Assembly: GCA_017617035.1 (NCBI GenBank)
Contig: JAFZWV010000009.1
Coordinates: 21,374 to 85,373, forward strand
Reading direction: 5' to 3'
Source: Bacteroidales bacterium
GTDB taxonomy: Bacteria; Bacteroidota; Bacteroidia; Bacteroidales; UBA932
Length of the DNA: 64,000 nt
Below are positions 19,318 to 27,412 of this stretch, piece after piece (position 1 is the first letter of the stretch; every line of letters starts with the position of its first letter). Under the pieces are notes generated by a model, which saw only the letters and a list, made by a program, of their open reading frames with translations, searched no databases and had not been told where the DNA came from. A program made the translations under genes and the position numbers.

Positions 19318-19325
19318 TATATTTG
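19318..19325 (+). promoter_or_regulatory. -7 box upstream of the Omp85-like operon
   Basis: TATATTTG followed by an AT-rich leader to the ATG at 19363. Confidence 0.6.
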
Positions 19326-19362
19326 TACACTTGAAATTTTTTTAACACTAAATAATCAAAAC

Positions 19363-20781
19363 ATGAAAAAATTACTCGCTGCGCTTATCGCAGGCGTCCT
19401 CTGCCTCGGAGTTTTCGCTAAGGAAGAGGAAAAAGAAATGAAGACCGGTTGGTCTTTCGGTGTACTTCCTACCGCAACCTATTCTGTTGACAATGGCTTC
19501 CAGGCAGGTGCTTTCGGTGATGTTTACTACTATGGAGATGGCAACACCTATCCTGATCCGCTCCACAAAATCAGCTGGGAAGGATCCTACTTCACCCACA
19601 GCCACCGTATGCGTCTTTACCTCGCCTACGACTCCAAGTATCTCATTCCCAACATGCGTGTGAATGCTTCCGTTACCTATATGAACGACCCTCTGTACAG
19701 TCTGTGGGGCTTCAACGGTGCGGCAGCCACCCAGGGAACAGAAAACTATTTTGGCGACAACCACGTATGGGGAAACAGGAATATGACTATTCCTACTTCT
19801 CTTACTGACCCTACTCTTTCCAACGTCAACTACTACGGCATGAGCCGCGAAATGCTCCGCATCCTCGCGAACTTCCAGGGCCGCCTCACCGACAACCTCA
19901 ACTGGGCAGCCGGTGTGAACTTCTGGAAATGGAACCTTGGAGCAATGAAGGACAACGGAGTAGATATTGATGGCAACAAGAGGTTTTATAACACTTCTTC
20001 TACCCTGTACAACTTCCTCTGCAATTCCGGCGTTCTTACAGACGCTGAGAAAGACGGTGGCATCTCTCTGGAGTTCAACGCCGGTCTTGTCTATGATACC
20101 CGCGATATGGAGGCTGCTCCGAACAAGGGTATCTGGGCAGAGGCTTACCTCAACGGAAACTTCATCGGCACCCCTTACCTAAAGGCTTGCATGTATTTCC
20201 GTCACTACATCTCCATCCCTATCGACTTCACCCCTGCAGGCCGTCCCGTTTTCGCATACCGTCTTGCATGGCAGCACACTATCGCAGGTGAGACTCCGCT
20301 GTTCATGGTCCAGAACAACCCTCTGCTCGTCCAGCGCAACATGATCTCCGAGGGATTCGGATCCTCGAACACCATCCGTGGTCTTCGTGAGAACCGTATT
20401 CTTGCCGATGGTATGGCATGGGCCAACACCGAACTCCGCATCAAACTCGTGAAGTTCACCCTTGCAAATCAGTACTTCTACATCGCTGTGAACCCGTTCT
20501 TCGATGCAGGTATCATCACCAAGCCTTACAAGGCAGATGCTCTGGCCAAGATTGCAGACGCAGACGGAAAGATCTATGACCCTGTGTTCAACGGCCTTAC
20601 CGGAACTACTACTCCTATCTACGACGCCTCTAAGGTTAAGACTCTTATCTACAGCGGCGGTGCTGGTCTGAAGATCGCTATGAACCAGAACTTCATCGTG
20701 TCTGCAGACTTTGCAAAGTGCTTCACCGAAGGTATGGACGCCGGTCTCTGGATTGGTATCGGTATCAACTATCAGTTCTAA
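19363..20781 (+). CDS. Omp85/BamA-TamA family beta-barrel without POTRA domains
   Basis: Signal peptide, YDTRD...P..G, TIRG motif, FFDAG and C-terminal GINYQF. Confidence 0.7.
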   Translation: MKKLLAALIAGVLCLGVFAKEEEKEMKTGWSFGVLPTATYSVDNGFQAGAFGDVYYYGDGNTYPDPLHKISWEGSYFTHSHRMRLYLAYDSKYLIPNMRVNASVTYMNDPLYSLWGFNGAAATQGTENYFGDNHVWGNRNMTIPTSLTDPTLSNVNYYGMSREMLRILANFQGRLTDNLNWAAGVNFWKWNLGAMKDNGVDIDGNKRFYNTSSTLYNFLCNSGVLTDAEKDGGISLEFNAGLVYDTRDMEAAPNKGIWAEAYLNGNFIGTPYLKACMYFRHYISIPIDFTPAGRPVFAYRLAWQHTIAGETPLFMVQNNPLLVQRNMISEGFGSSNTIRGLRENRILADGMAWANTELRIKLVKFTLANQYFYIAVNPFFDAGIITKPYKADALAKIADADGKIYDPVFNGLTGTTTPIYDASKVKTLIYSGGAGLKIAMNQNFIVSADFAKCFTEGMDAGLWIGIGINYQF

Positions 20782-20784
20782 AAT

Positions 20785-21864
20785 ATGAACACTAACGAAA
20801 TTGTCGGACAATTCCGTCTCGAAGGCAAAGTCGCTGAGATCCGCCCCTTGGGCAGCGGTCTTATCAACGACACCTATCTGGTGAAGACCGAGGGTGACGC
20901 TCCGGACTATGTCCTTCAGCGCATCAACAACGCCATCTTCACCGATGTCGACCTGCTTCAGCACAACATCGAAGCCGTCACCGGCCATATCCGCCGCAAA
21001 CTCGAAGCGGCAGGAGAAAAGGACATCGACAGGAAAGTCCTGCGTTTCCTCCCTCTCAAGGATAGCCCCAAGACCTACTGGACAGACGGCCAGACCTACT
21101 GGAGAATCTCGGTGTTTATCAAGGATTCGTTTACATACGATTCCGTGACCCCTAAGTACTCCGAGTTCGCAGGTGAGAACTTCGGCCGTTTCGAAGCCAT
21201 GCTCGCCGACCTCAAAGAGCCCATAGGCGAGACTATCCCCGACTTCCACAACATGGAGCTGCGCGCACGCCAGCTCGAGGAAGCCGTCGCGGCCGACAAA
21301 GCCGGCAGGCTCAAGGATCCCGAGGTTCAGGCTATCCTGGCCGAGATCCGGGAACACGTCGATGAAATGTGCGCCGCGGAGCGCCTCCACCGCGAGGGTA
21401 AGCTCCCCAAGCGCATCTGCCATTGCGATACGAAGATCAGCAACATGCTCTTCGATGCCGACGGCCATGTCCTTTGCGTCATCGACCTCGACACAGTAAT
21501 GCCGAGCTTCGTGTTCTCCGACTATGGCGATTTCCTGCGCACTGCAGCCAACACCGTAGCCGAGGACGATCCGGCTATCGACAAGGTCGCTTTCAGGCTC
21601 GACATTTTCGAAGCGTTCACCCGCGGCTATATCAAGGGCGCCGACTTCCTGCTCCCGATAGAGAAAGACAACCTCCCCTTCGGAGCTCTTCTCTTCCCCT
21701 TCATGCAGGCTGTCCGCTTCTTCGCCGACTATCTCAACGGCGACACCTATTATAAGATCCGTTATCCGGAGCACAACCTGGTTCGCACCCGCAACCAGAT
21801 GGCCCTGTGGCGCAGCGCTCTGGCTAACATGGACCACATGAAGAAGTTTATAGCTCAGCTATGA
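20785..21864 (+). CDS. Aminoglycoside-phosphotransferase family kinase (N-acetylhexosamine 1-kinase-like)
   Basis: LGSGLINDTY, YVLQRIN, HCDTKISN and VIDLDT. Confidence 0.8.
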   Translation: MNTNEIVGQFRLEGKVAEIRPLGSGLINDTYLVKTEGDAPDYVLQRINNAIFTDVDLLQHNIEAVTGHIRRKLEAAGEKDIDRKVLRFLPLKDSPKTYWTDGQTYWRISVFIKDSFTYDSVTPKYSEFAGENFGRFEAMLADLKEPIGETIPDFHNMELRARQLEEAVAADKAGRLKDPEVQAILAEIREHVDEMCAAERLHREGKLPKRICHCDTKISNMLFDADGHVLCVIDLDTVMPSFVFSDYGDFLRTAANTVAEDDPAIDKVAFRLDIFEAFTRGYIKGADFLLPIEKDNLPFGALLFPFMQAVRFFADYLNGDTYYKIRYPEHNLVRTRNQMALWRSALANMDHMKKFIAQL

Positions 21865-23090
21865 TCTCCGAAGGTCGCACGGACATGCTTCAGTTCCGCG
21901 CTGAGCCCATCCCCGACGTCGGCATAGGCCTGGTCGGGCTGGGCGTCCGCGGAACTGAAGCCGCCGAGCGGCTTCCCCATGTACCCGGCTGCCATCTGGC
22001 GGCCGTGTGCGATTCAAGCGCCAGGCTCGCAGAATCCGCCCACGAAATCCTTGGAGTCAAGGCATATTCGGGCGAAGAGGGGTACAAAGCTATCTGCGAA
22101 GACCCCGCCGTGGACCTGGTTTATGTCTGCACCGACTGGTACCACCACGTCCCCATCGCCCTCTATGCGATGGAGCACGGCAAACATGTAGCCGTGGAGG
22201 TTCCCTCCGCCCACACCCTTAAGGAATGCTGGGATCTGATCGAAACCTCCGAGCGTACCCGTCGCCACTGCACCATCCTCGAAAACTGCTGCTACGACAG
22301 CTTCGAACTTACGGCCCTCGAAATGGCGCGCCGCGGCGCGTTCGGTGAGCTTATCCACGCCGAGGGCTCATACCACCACAACCTGGAGGCCCGCTGGGGG
22401 CGCGACACCATGCGCTGGCGCCTCAAGCTCAACCGCGACTGCCGCGGCGACCTCTACCCCACCCATGGCATCGGCCCTGTCTGCCAGGCGCTCGGCATCC
22501 ACCGTGGCGACCGACTGAAGACGCTGGTTTCCATGGACACCAACCCCTTCAACGGCCCGCGCTACCTCAAGGCCCATATGGGCGAAGACTGCCCGGGCTT
22601 CAAGAACGGCGACCAGACCATGACCATGATCCGAACCGAGATGGGCAAGACCATCCTGCTGCAGCACGACGTCATGACCCCGCGCCCCTACGACCGTGGG
22701 TATAAGCTGGTCGGCACCAACGGCTATGCGGCCAAGTACCCCGCCGAGACGGTCTGCCTTGGGAACTCGGATCCCGAGAAGGTCTACGCCGGCGCCGAGC
22801 TCGCTTCGCTGCTCGCCGACTATCGCAGCCCTATTCTCTCCCCCGAGTTAGAGGCCACATCGAAGAAGGTCGGCGGCCACGACGGCATGGACTATCTGAT
22901 GGACTACCGCCTGATCTACTGCCTGAACCGCGGACTGCCGCTGGACATGGACGTATACGACCTCGCCGAATGGTGCTGCATCACCGAGCTCTCCCGCCTC
23001 TCGCTGGAGGCCGGCTCCCAGCCCGTCGAGGTCCCCGACTTCACCCGCGGGGCATGGCAGCGCCTCGAAGGGTTTACCTACGCTTTTTAG
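21861..23090 (+). CDS. Gfo/Idh/MocA oxidoreductase, GH109 alpha-N-acetylgalactosaminidase-like
   Basis: GLVGLGVRG, HVAVEVP, LENCCY, YPTHGIGP, GGHDGMD and DMDVYDLAEW. Confidence 0.82.
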   Translation: MISEGRTDMLQFRAEPIPDVGIGLVGLGVRGTEAAERLPHVPGCHLAAVCDSSARLAESAHEILGVKAYSGEEGYKAICEDPAVDLVYVCTDWYHHVPIALYAMEHGKHVAVEVPSAHTLKECWDLIETSERTRRHCTILENCCYDSFELTALEMARRGAFGELIHAEGSYHHNLEARWGRDTMRWRLKLNRDCRGDLYPTHGIGPVCQALGIHRGDRLKTLVSMDTNPFNGPRYLKAHMGEDCPGFKNGDQTMTMIRTEMGKTILLQHDVMTPRPYDRGYKLVGTNGYAAKYPAETVCLGNSDPEKVYAGAELASLLADYRSPILSPELEATSKKVGGHDGMDYLMDYRLIYCLNRGLPLDMDVYDLAEWCCITELSRLSLEAGSQPVEVPDFTRGAWQRLEGFTYAF

Positions 23091-23102
23091 TACTTCCTTT
23101 AT

Positions 23103-24533
23103 ATGAAACTCCACGAAGAAGCCGCGCGTTGCCTCCTTTGTCATGACGCGCCATGTACCGCCGTTTGCGCCAAAGGCGACCCCGCCAGGGCCGTGCGCGC
23201 TATCCGTTTCGGCAATACAGAAATCGCAGGACGCTGGCTGGCCGATTGCTCCGATCAGGATCTGGAGCGCGCCGAGGCTGCCTGCATCCACTACGACCGT
23301 CCGATCAGGCTCCGCGAAATAGCTGCAGCGCTGCCCGCACCCCAAGCTGTTGCGCAGCCGTCTTTGGAGATCGACTTCTGCGGCATCCGCTGCGAGAACC
23401 CGTTCTTCCTGGCGTCGTCGGCCGTGTGTACGAACTATGAGATGGTTGCGCGCGCGTTCGAAGCCGGCTGGGCGGGCGTCTTCTACAAGACGATCTGCCT
23501 GCAGGAGATCCGCGAGGTGTCGCCGCGCTTCGATGCAGTCGGCAAGCCCTTCGCCGGCTTCCGCAACATGGAACAGCTCAGCGAGAACCCGGTCGAGGTC
23601 GACTTCGAGTACCTGAGCCGCCTGAAGAAGAACTACCCTTCGAAGATAGTCGTCGCCTCCATCATGGGCCAGAGCGAAGAGGACTGGATCAAGCTCGCGA
23701 AGATGGCCGAGGAAGCGGGTTGCGACGCCGTGGAGCTTAACTTCTCCTGCCCTCAGATGCGCGAGAGCGGTATGGGCAGCGATGTGGGCCAGGATCCTGA
23801 ACTCGTGACCTTCTTCACCGCTTATGTCAAGAGAAACGTGTCTATCCCGGTCCTCGCGAAGATGACTCCGAACATAGCCCATATCTCGCAGCCGGCCATG
23901 GGCGCATATTTCGCCGGCGCCGACGCCATCTCCGCCATCAACACGATCAAGAGCGTCACGCTCGGCGATGGTTCGGAGGTCAGCGGCTTCCAGACCGGTT
24001 CCGGCTACTCCGGCCGCGCGGTCAAGCCTATCGCCTTGCGCCACATCCTGGCCATGGCCAAGAATCCGATGATGAAGAACATAGAGTTCAGCGGCATAGG
24101 CGGAATCGAGACATGGCGCGACGCACTCGAATTCATCCAGCTCGGCTGTGCCAACGTCCAGGTCTGCACCGCCGTTATGGAATACGGTTATCGGATTATC
24201 GACGATATGATCGCCGGTTTGCAGAATTATATGGCTGTTCGCGGAGTATCGTCTTTGTCTGAGCTGGTCGGCGAGCGGCTGCCCTTCTTTAAGTTGCCGT
24301 CTGATCTCGACCGTGAGACTGTCGTATATCCTTTGTTCGATAAGAACAAGTGTATCGGCTGCGGACGCTGCGTCATCTCCTGCGCCGATGGAGGACATCA
24401 GGCTCTTGAGTTTGATGCCGAGGCGCGTCGGCCCCGCCTACTCGGCGCGAAGTGCGTGGGCTGCCACCTCTGCCGCCTCGTCTGCCCCGCCGACGCGATC
24501 GGCCTCAGTAAACGCGTCCCCAAACGTAAATAA
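23103..24533 (+). CDS. preA: Dihydropyrimidine dehydrogenase PreA with an extra N-terminal Fe-S segment
   Basis: NPFFLASS, ELNFSCP, KMTPN, INT and two C-terminal CxxCxxCxxxC motifs; N-terminal EAARCLLCHDAPCTAVC. Confidence 0.8.
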   Translation: MKLHEEAARCLLCHDAPCTAVCAKGDPARAVRAIRFGNTEIAGRWLADCSDQDLERAEAACIHYDRPIRLREIAAALPAPQAVAQPSLEIDFCGIRCENPFFLASSAVCTNYEMVARAFEAGWAGVFYKTICLQEIREVSPRFDAVGKPFAGFRNMEQLSENPVEVDFEYLSRLKKNYPSKIVVASIMGQSEEDWIKLAKMAEEAGCDAVELNFSCPQMRESGMGSDVGQDPELVTFFTAYVKRNVSIPVLAKMTPNIAHISQPAMGAYFAGADAISAINTIKSVTLGDGSEVSGFQTGSGYSGRAVKPIALRHILAMAKNPMMKNIEFSGIGGIETWRDALEFIQLGCANVQVCTAVMEYGYRIIDDMIAGLQNYMAVRGVSSLSELVGERLPFFKLPSDLDRETVVYPLFDKNKCIGCGRCVISCADGGHQALEFDAEARRPRLLGAKCVGCHLCRLVCPADAIGLSKRVPKRK

Positions 24534-24545
24534 GAAAACACCGAG

Positions 24546-24561
24546 GGCGGCATCAGCCGCC
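24546..24561 (+). terminator. Possible hairpin after preA
   Basis: GGCGGC-ATCA-GCCGCC, with only a weak U-tract. Confidence 0.3.
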
Positions 24562-24573
24562 GTTCCGTGGAAG

Positions 24574-24648
24574 CACAGGTCGGGGACATTATCGGCTTAA
24601 CCTGTGGATAATTGTCACAGGTCAGCGTGTTTTTGGCCCCTACCTGTG
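24574..24648. repeat. Family C repeat: (CACAGG-N21-CCTGTG-N9) x2, 42-bp period
   Basis: Half-sites start at 24574, 24601, 24616 and 24643. Confidence 0.8.
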
Positions 24649-24675
24649 GAATTAGTCTGGAATACTCCCCTCTTT

Positions 24676-24827
24676 GCACACGAAAAAAGGCCGCTTGAAT
24701 AGCGGAAGGATTAATCACGGCAGGGGGTCTGGGGGGTACGCCCCACAGTCCCCTGGGGGTGCAGGGGGATGGTAGCCTGCCGGGCTCGCCCGGCAGAGCC
24801 CCACATCGCACACGAAAAAAGGCCGCT
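24676..24827. repeat. Segment bounded by 20-bp direct repeats downstream of tRNA-His
   Basis: GCACACGAAAAAAGGCCGCT at 24676-24695 and 24808-24827; interior has G-runs and hairpins. Confidence 0.75.
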
Positions 24828-24840
24828 CGGATGAGCGGCC
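24815..24840 (-). terminator. Intrinsic terminator of tRNA-His
   Basis: GGCCGCTC-ATCC-GAGCGGCC followed by TTTTTT on minus. Confidence 0.85.
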
Positions 24841-24847
24841 CGTTTCG

Positions 24848-24921
24848 GGTGCGATGTGGGGCTCGAACCCACGACAACCAGAACCACAATCTGGTGCTCT
24901 ACCAACTGAACTAATCGCACC
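24848..24921 (-). tRNA. tRNA-His (GUG), with G-1 and no encoded CCA
   Basis: Acceptor stem GTGCGAT/ATCGCAC, anticodon arm CCAGA-TTGTGGT-TCTGG, T-loop GGTTCGAG, G-1 opposite discriminator C. Confidence 0.95.
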
Positions 24922-24937
24922 GTGTTAGAGAGGACTG

Positions 24938-24968
24938 CAAAGGTAGAGATATTTTTGGAAATTCCAAA
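24938..24968 (-). promoter_or_regulatory. tRNA-His promoter
   Basis: TTTG-N19-TACCTTTG on minus, the canonical Bacteroidetes -33/-7 arrangement. Confidence 0.8.
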
Positions 24969-24979
24969 TATCTACGTCC

Positions 24980-25366
24980 TTACTTCTTGGGCTTGGGAAC
25001 GGGCTTGATCGGTTTTGGATCGGCCTTCCTGCCAAGTTGCTCGACAGTCGCCGCGCCTTCTTCTGTGGTTTCTTTAACGCACTTAGCGGTTTCCTTCGCG
25101 CAGTTTTCTGCTTTGTGGCCTGCTTCGACTACTTCCTGAACGGCGTCCTTGGCTTCTTTAGCGCACTCGCCGGCTTTCTGGGAGTGGTCGCATTTGCCGT
25201 TTACGGCGTCGGGGCAAGTTCCCTCGACGTGATGTCCGCAGCAGGGCTGTTCTACATTTTCTTTCTGGCAGGCGTCTTTCTGAACTTCCTGCGATTTTGC
25301 CGAGCGGCGCGGGCCGCACGCAGCCACGCACAATACTGCGATAGCGATAATTAAAACTTTCTTCAT
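24980..25366 (-). CDS. Small Cys/His-rich lipoprotein of unknown function
   Basis: MKKVLIIAIAVLCVAAC lipobox; -7 box TATCTTTG 7 nt upstream (25374-25381). Confidence 0.7.
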   Translation of the reverse strand: MKKVLIIAIAVLCVAACGPRRSAKSQEVQKDACQKENVEQPCCGHHVEGTCPDAVNGKCDHSQKAGECAKEAKDAVQEVVEAGHKAENCAKETAKCVKETTEEGAATVEQLGRKADPKPIKPVPKPKK

Positions 25367-25388
25367 AATGGTACAAAGATACAAAAAC

Positions 25389-25463
25389 CACAGGGTAACC
25401 GCAAAAATGCCTTACCCTGTGACTTTTTTCCACAGGGTAAGCCCAAAACACGCCTTCCCTGTG
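25389..25463. repeat. Family C repeat, second locus, inverted relative to 24574-24648
   Basis: Half-sites start at 25389, 25416, 25431 and 25458 with identical N21/N9 spacing. Confidence 0.8.
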
Positions 25464-25543
25464 GAAAATGAAGCCGGAAAAGCATAAAAGGGGCCCAAGA
25501 AAGGATGCCCAATAAATAGTGCGAGAACCACCCGGTAAAAAAA

Positions 25544-25591
25544 TGTAAAAAGTGGGAACAAAATGGAAAACATTTCGTATCTTTGTCCCAC
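25544..25591 (+). promoter_or_regulatory. dcw (mraZ) promoter with possible MraZ boxes
   Basis: TATCTTTG at 25578-25585; TGTAA/TGGGA/TGGAA at about 10-bp spacing upstream and TCCCAC just downstream. Confidence 0.55.
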
Positions 25592-25611
25592 TTGCGTATA
25601 AGAATTATTTT

Positions 25612-26058
25612 ATGATCACATTCATCGGCGAATATACCTCGAAAGTGGACGACAGGGGCAGGCTTGTGCTCCCGGCGCCCCTGAAGGGCTGCCTGCCTGT
25701 GGGTGGAGACATGAGATTCGTAGTGAAAAAGAGCATCTACGACGACTGTCTGGAGATGTACACTCTGGAAGAGTGGAACCGGCAGTCGGAGAAGATCAAA
25801 GACGGTCTCAACTTCTTCAACCCCAAGCATGTCCAGTTCTGGAGGGAGTATATGCGCGATCGTGATGTGGTCGAACCGGATTCGAAATTGGGTCGAATCT
25901 CAATCTCCCGGAACCTTCTTGACGCAATCGGTGTAAACAAAGAGGTCGTATTCTTTGGCATTGATTTCAAGATCGAGATTTGGGCGAAGGAGAAGTTCGA
26001 CTCCTCACGTCTGTCTGACGAGAATTACATTGCCATAGCGGAAAGCCTTTCAAAATAA
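25612..26058 (+). CDS. mraZ: Division/cell wall cluster repressor MraZ
   Basis: FIGEYTSKVDDRGRLVLP, second DxxGRI motif, IEIW; first gene of the dcw cluster. Confidence 0.9.
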   Translation: MITFIGEYTSKVDDRGRLVLPAPLKGCLPVGGDMRFVVKKSIYDDCLEMYTLEEWNRQSEKIKDGLNFFNPKHVQFWREYMRDRDVVEPDSKLGRISISRNLLDAIGVNKEVVFFGIDFKIEIWAKEKFDSSRLSDENYIAIAESLSK

Positions 26059-26070
26059 AGGCGAGGCGCT

Positions 26071-27012
26071 ATGTCGGAGTACCACAATCCCGTTCTACTT
26101 AAGGAGAGCGTAGACGCCCTTGTAAAGGACGCCCGCGGGACCTATGCCGACGCCACCTTTGGTGGCGGGGGCCACAGCCGCGAGATTATGAGCCGCCTCT
26201 CTAAAGAAGGCCGCCTCATAGCTTTTGACCGCGACAAAGACGCCCAGCAGAATGCTATCGACGACCCGAGGTTTACACTCATCCACAACGACTTTAGATT
26301 TATTTACAATTACTCCCTGACGGAAACGGAAGGGGGATACGACGGCATCATGGCAGATCTGGGAGTGTCGTCGCATCAGTTCGATACGGCGGAAAGAGGT
26401 TTCTCGTTCCGCTATAACGCTCCGCTCGACATGCGAATGAATGTGCAGGGAACAACGACTGCAGCGGACATTGTCAATTCTTATACGCAAGAAGAATTGG
26501 AAAAGATTCTTAGGATTTACGGTGAAGTCGAAGACGCCCGTAAAGTCGCAAGGCTGATCACAACCTACCGCGCGACCAAGGCGATTGAAACTACCGAAGA
26601 CCTGGACAATGCCATTGCAGCCGCCCTGCCTTCTTTCGCTGAGCACAAATTCCTCGCGAAGGTCTATCAGGCGCTACGTATCGAAGTGAATCAGGAAATG
26701 CGCTCGCTGGAGAAGTTCCTCGAAGGCGCGGCGCTCGCCCTGAAGCCGGGCGGACGACTGGTGGTAATCACCTATCATTCGCTCGAAGACCGCATGGTCA
26801 AAAACTACATTAAGGCCGGCAACATCGAAGGAGAAGTCGTCCGCGACGTCTTCGGGCGCAGCGAGACTCCCTTCGAGGCCGTAAACCGCAAACCCATCCT
26901 CCCCGCAGAGGATGAAATTGCAACGAACACCCGCGCCCGGAGCGCAAAACTCCGCGTCGCAGAAAAGAAAGAGATTTCTCCACGCGCTACGCTTGGTCGA
27001 AATGACAAATAG
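26071..27012 (+). CDS. rsmH: 16S rRNA m4C1402 methyltransferase
   Basis: HNPVLL, DATFGGGGHS, DLGVSS, LDMRM and HSLEDR. Confidence 0.96.
   Translation: MSEYHNPVLLKESVDALVKDARGTYADATFGGGGHSREIMSRLSKEGRLIAFDRDKDAQQNAIDDPRFTLIHNDFRFIYNYSLTETEGGYDGIMADLGVSSHQFDTAERGFSFRYNAPLDMRMNVQGTTTAADIVNSYTQEELEKILRIYGEVEDARKVARLITTYRATKAIETTEDLDNAIAAALPSFAEHKFLAKVYQALRIEVNQEMRSLEKFLEGAALALKPGGRLVVITYHSLEDRMVKNYIKAGNIEGEVVRDVFGRSETPFEAVNRKPILPAEDEIATNTRARSAKLRVAEKKEISPRATLGRNDK
26971..27007. repeat. Family A repeat unit forming the rsmH 3' end
   Basis: GAGATTTCTCCACGCGCTACGCTTGGTCGAAATGACA, read as EISPRATLGRND. Confidence 0.85.
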
Positions 27013-27013
27013 A

Positions 27014-27367
27014 ATGGAAGCAGAGAGAAAATTCAAGTTTTCGGACATTGGGCAACTGTTGAAGAACAGCGTCAAGGCCATCTTCGAGGGAGAGTTTCTC
27101 CTCCGATTGAAGATCGGGCGCTACTTCATCAACATCGTTTTGGTGTTCGTGGTGATTACTCTCACCATCTGGATCAGCCTGCTCATTGACAACACACTTA
27201 CGAAGGTCGAACGCGGAAAGAACGTGATTGCCGAACAGGAGTCTATCATTGCGATGCGCTCGTATGAGCTCTCCTCGCTCACACGCAGAAGCACCGCCGT
27301 GAAACACTTGGAGGAACTAGGCTCAGACCTTAAAGAGGCTGAAAAGCCGCCGATTATTTTGAAATAA
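27014..27367 (+). CDS. ftsL: FtsL-like cell division protein
   Basis: Single transmembrane segment then coiled coil; lies between rsmH and ftsI; start uncertain (27002 or 27014). Confidence 0.7.
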   Translation: MEAERKFKFSDIGQLLKNSVKAIFEGEFLLRLKIGRYFINIVLVFVVITLTIWISLLIDNTLTKVERGKNVIAEQESIIAMRSYELSSLTRRSTAVKHLEELGSDLKEAEKPPIILK

Positions 27368-27408
27368 TTGGACTACTCCCCGTAAAAAAGGGGGGAGAAG
27401 TCAAAAAA
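27368..27408. repeat. Family B single hairpin between ftsL and ftsI
   Basis: TTGGACTACTCCCCGTAAAAAAGGGGGGAGAAGTC, identical to 9722-9756. Confidence 0.9.
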
Positions 27409-27412
27409 GTAT

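Noticed and set aside
20179-24398. Long minus-strand ORFs of 552 and 516 aa, and similar ones at 6458-7780, 7949-9124 and 35823-37097
   Set aside because: They mirror well-supported genes on the other strand, as expected with high GC3, and show no recognisable motifs.
24676-24921. Prophage or genomic island at tRNA-His
   Set aside because: No integrase, and no direct repeat of the tRNA 3' end; the duplicate is inverted.
24574-25463. Family C as a CRISPR or tandem guide-RNA array
   Set aside because: Only two units per locus, 6-bp conserved blocks, spacers related to one another, and no cas or other effector gene in the window.
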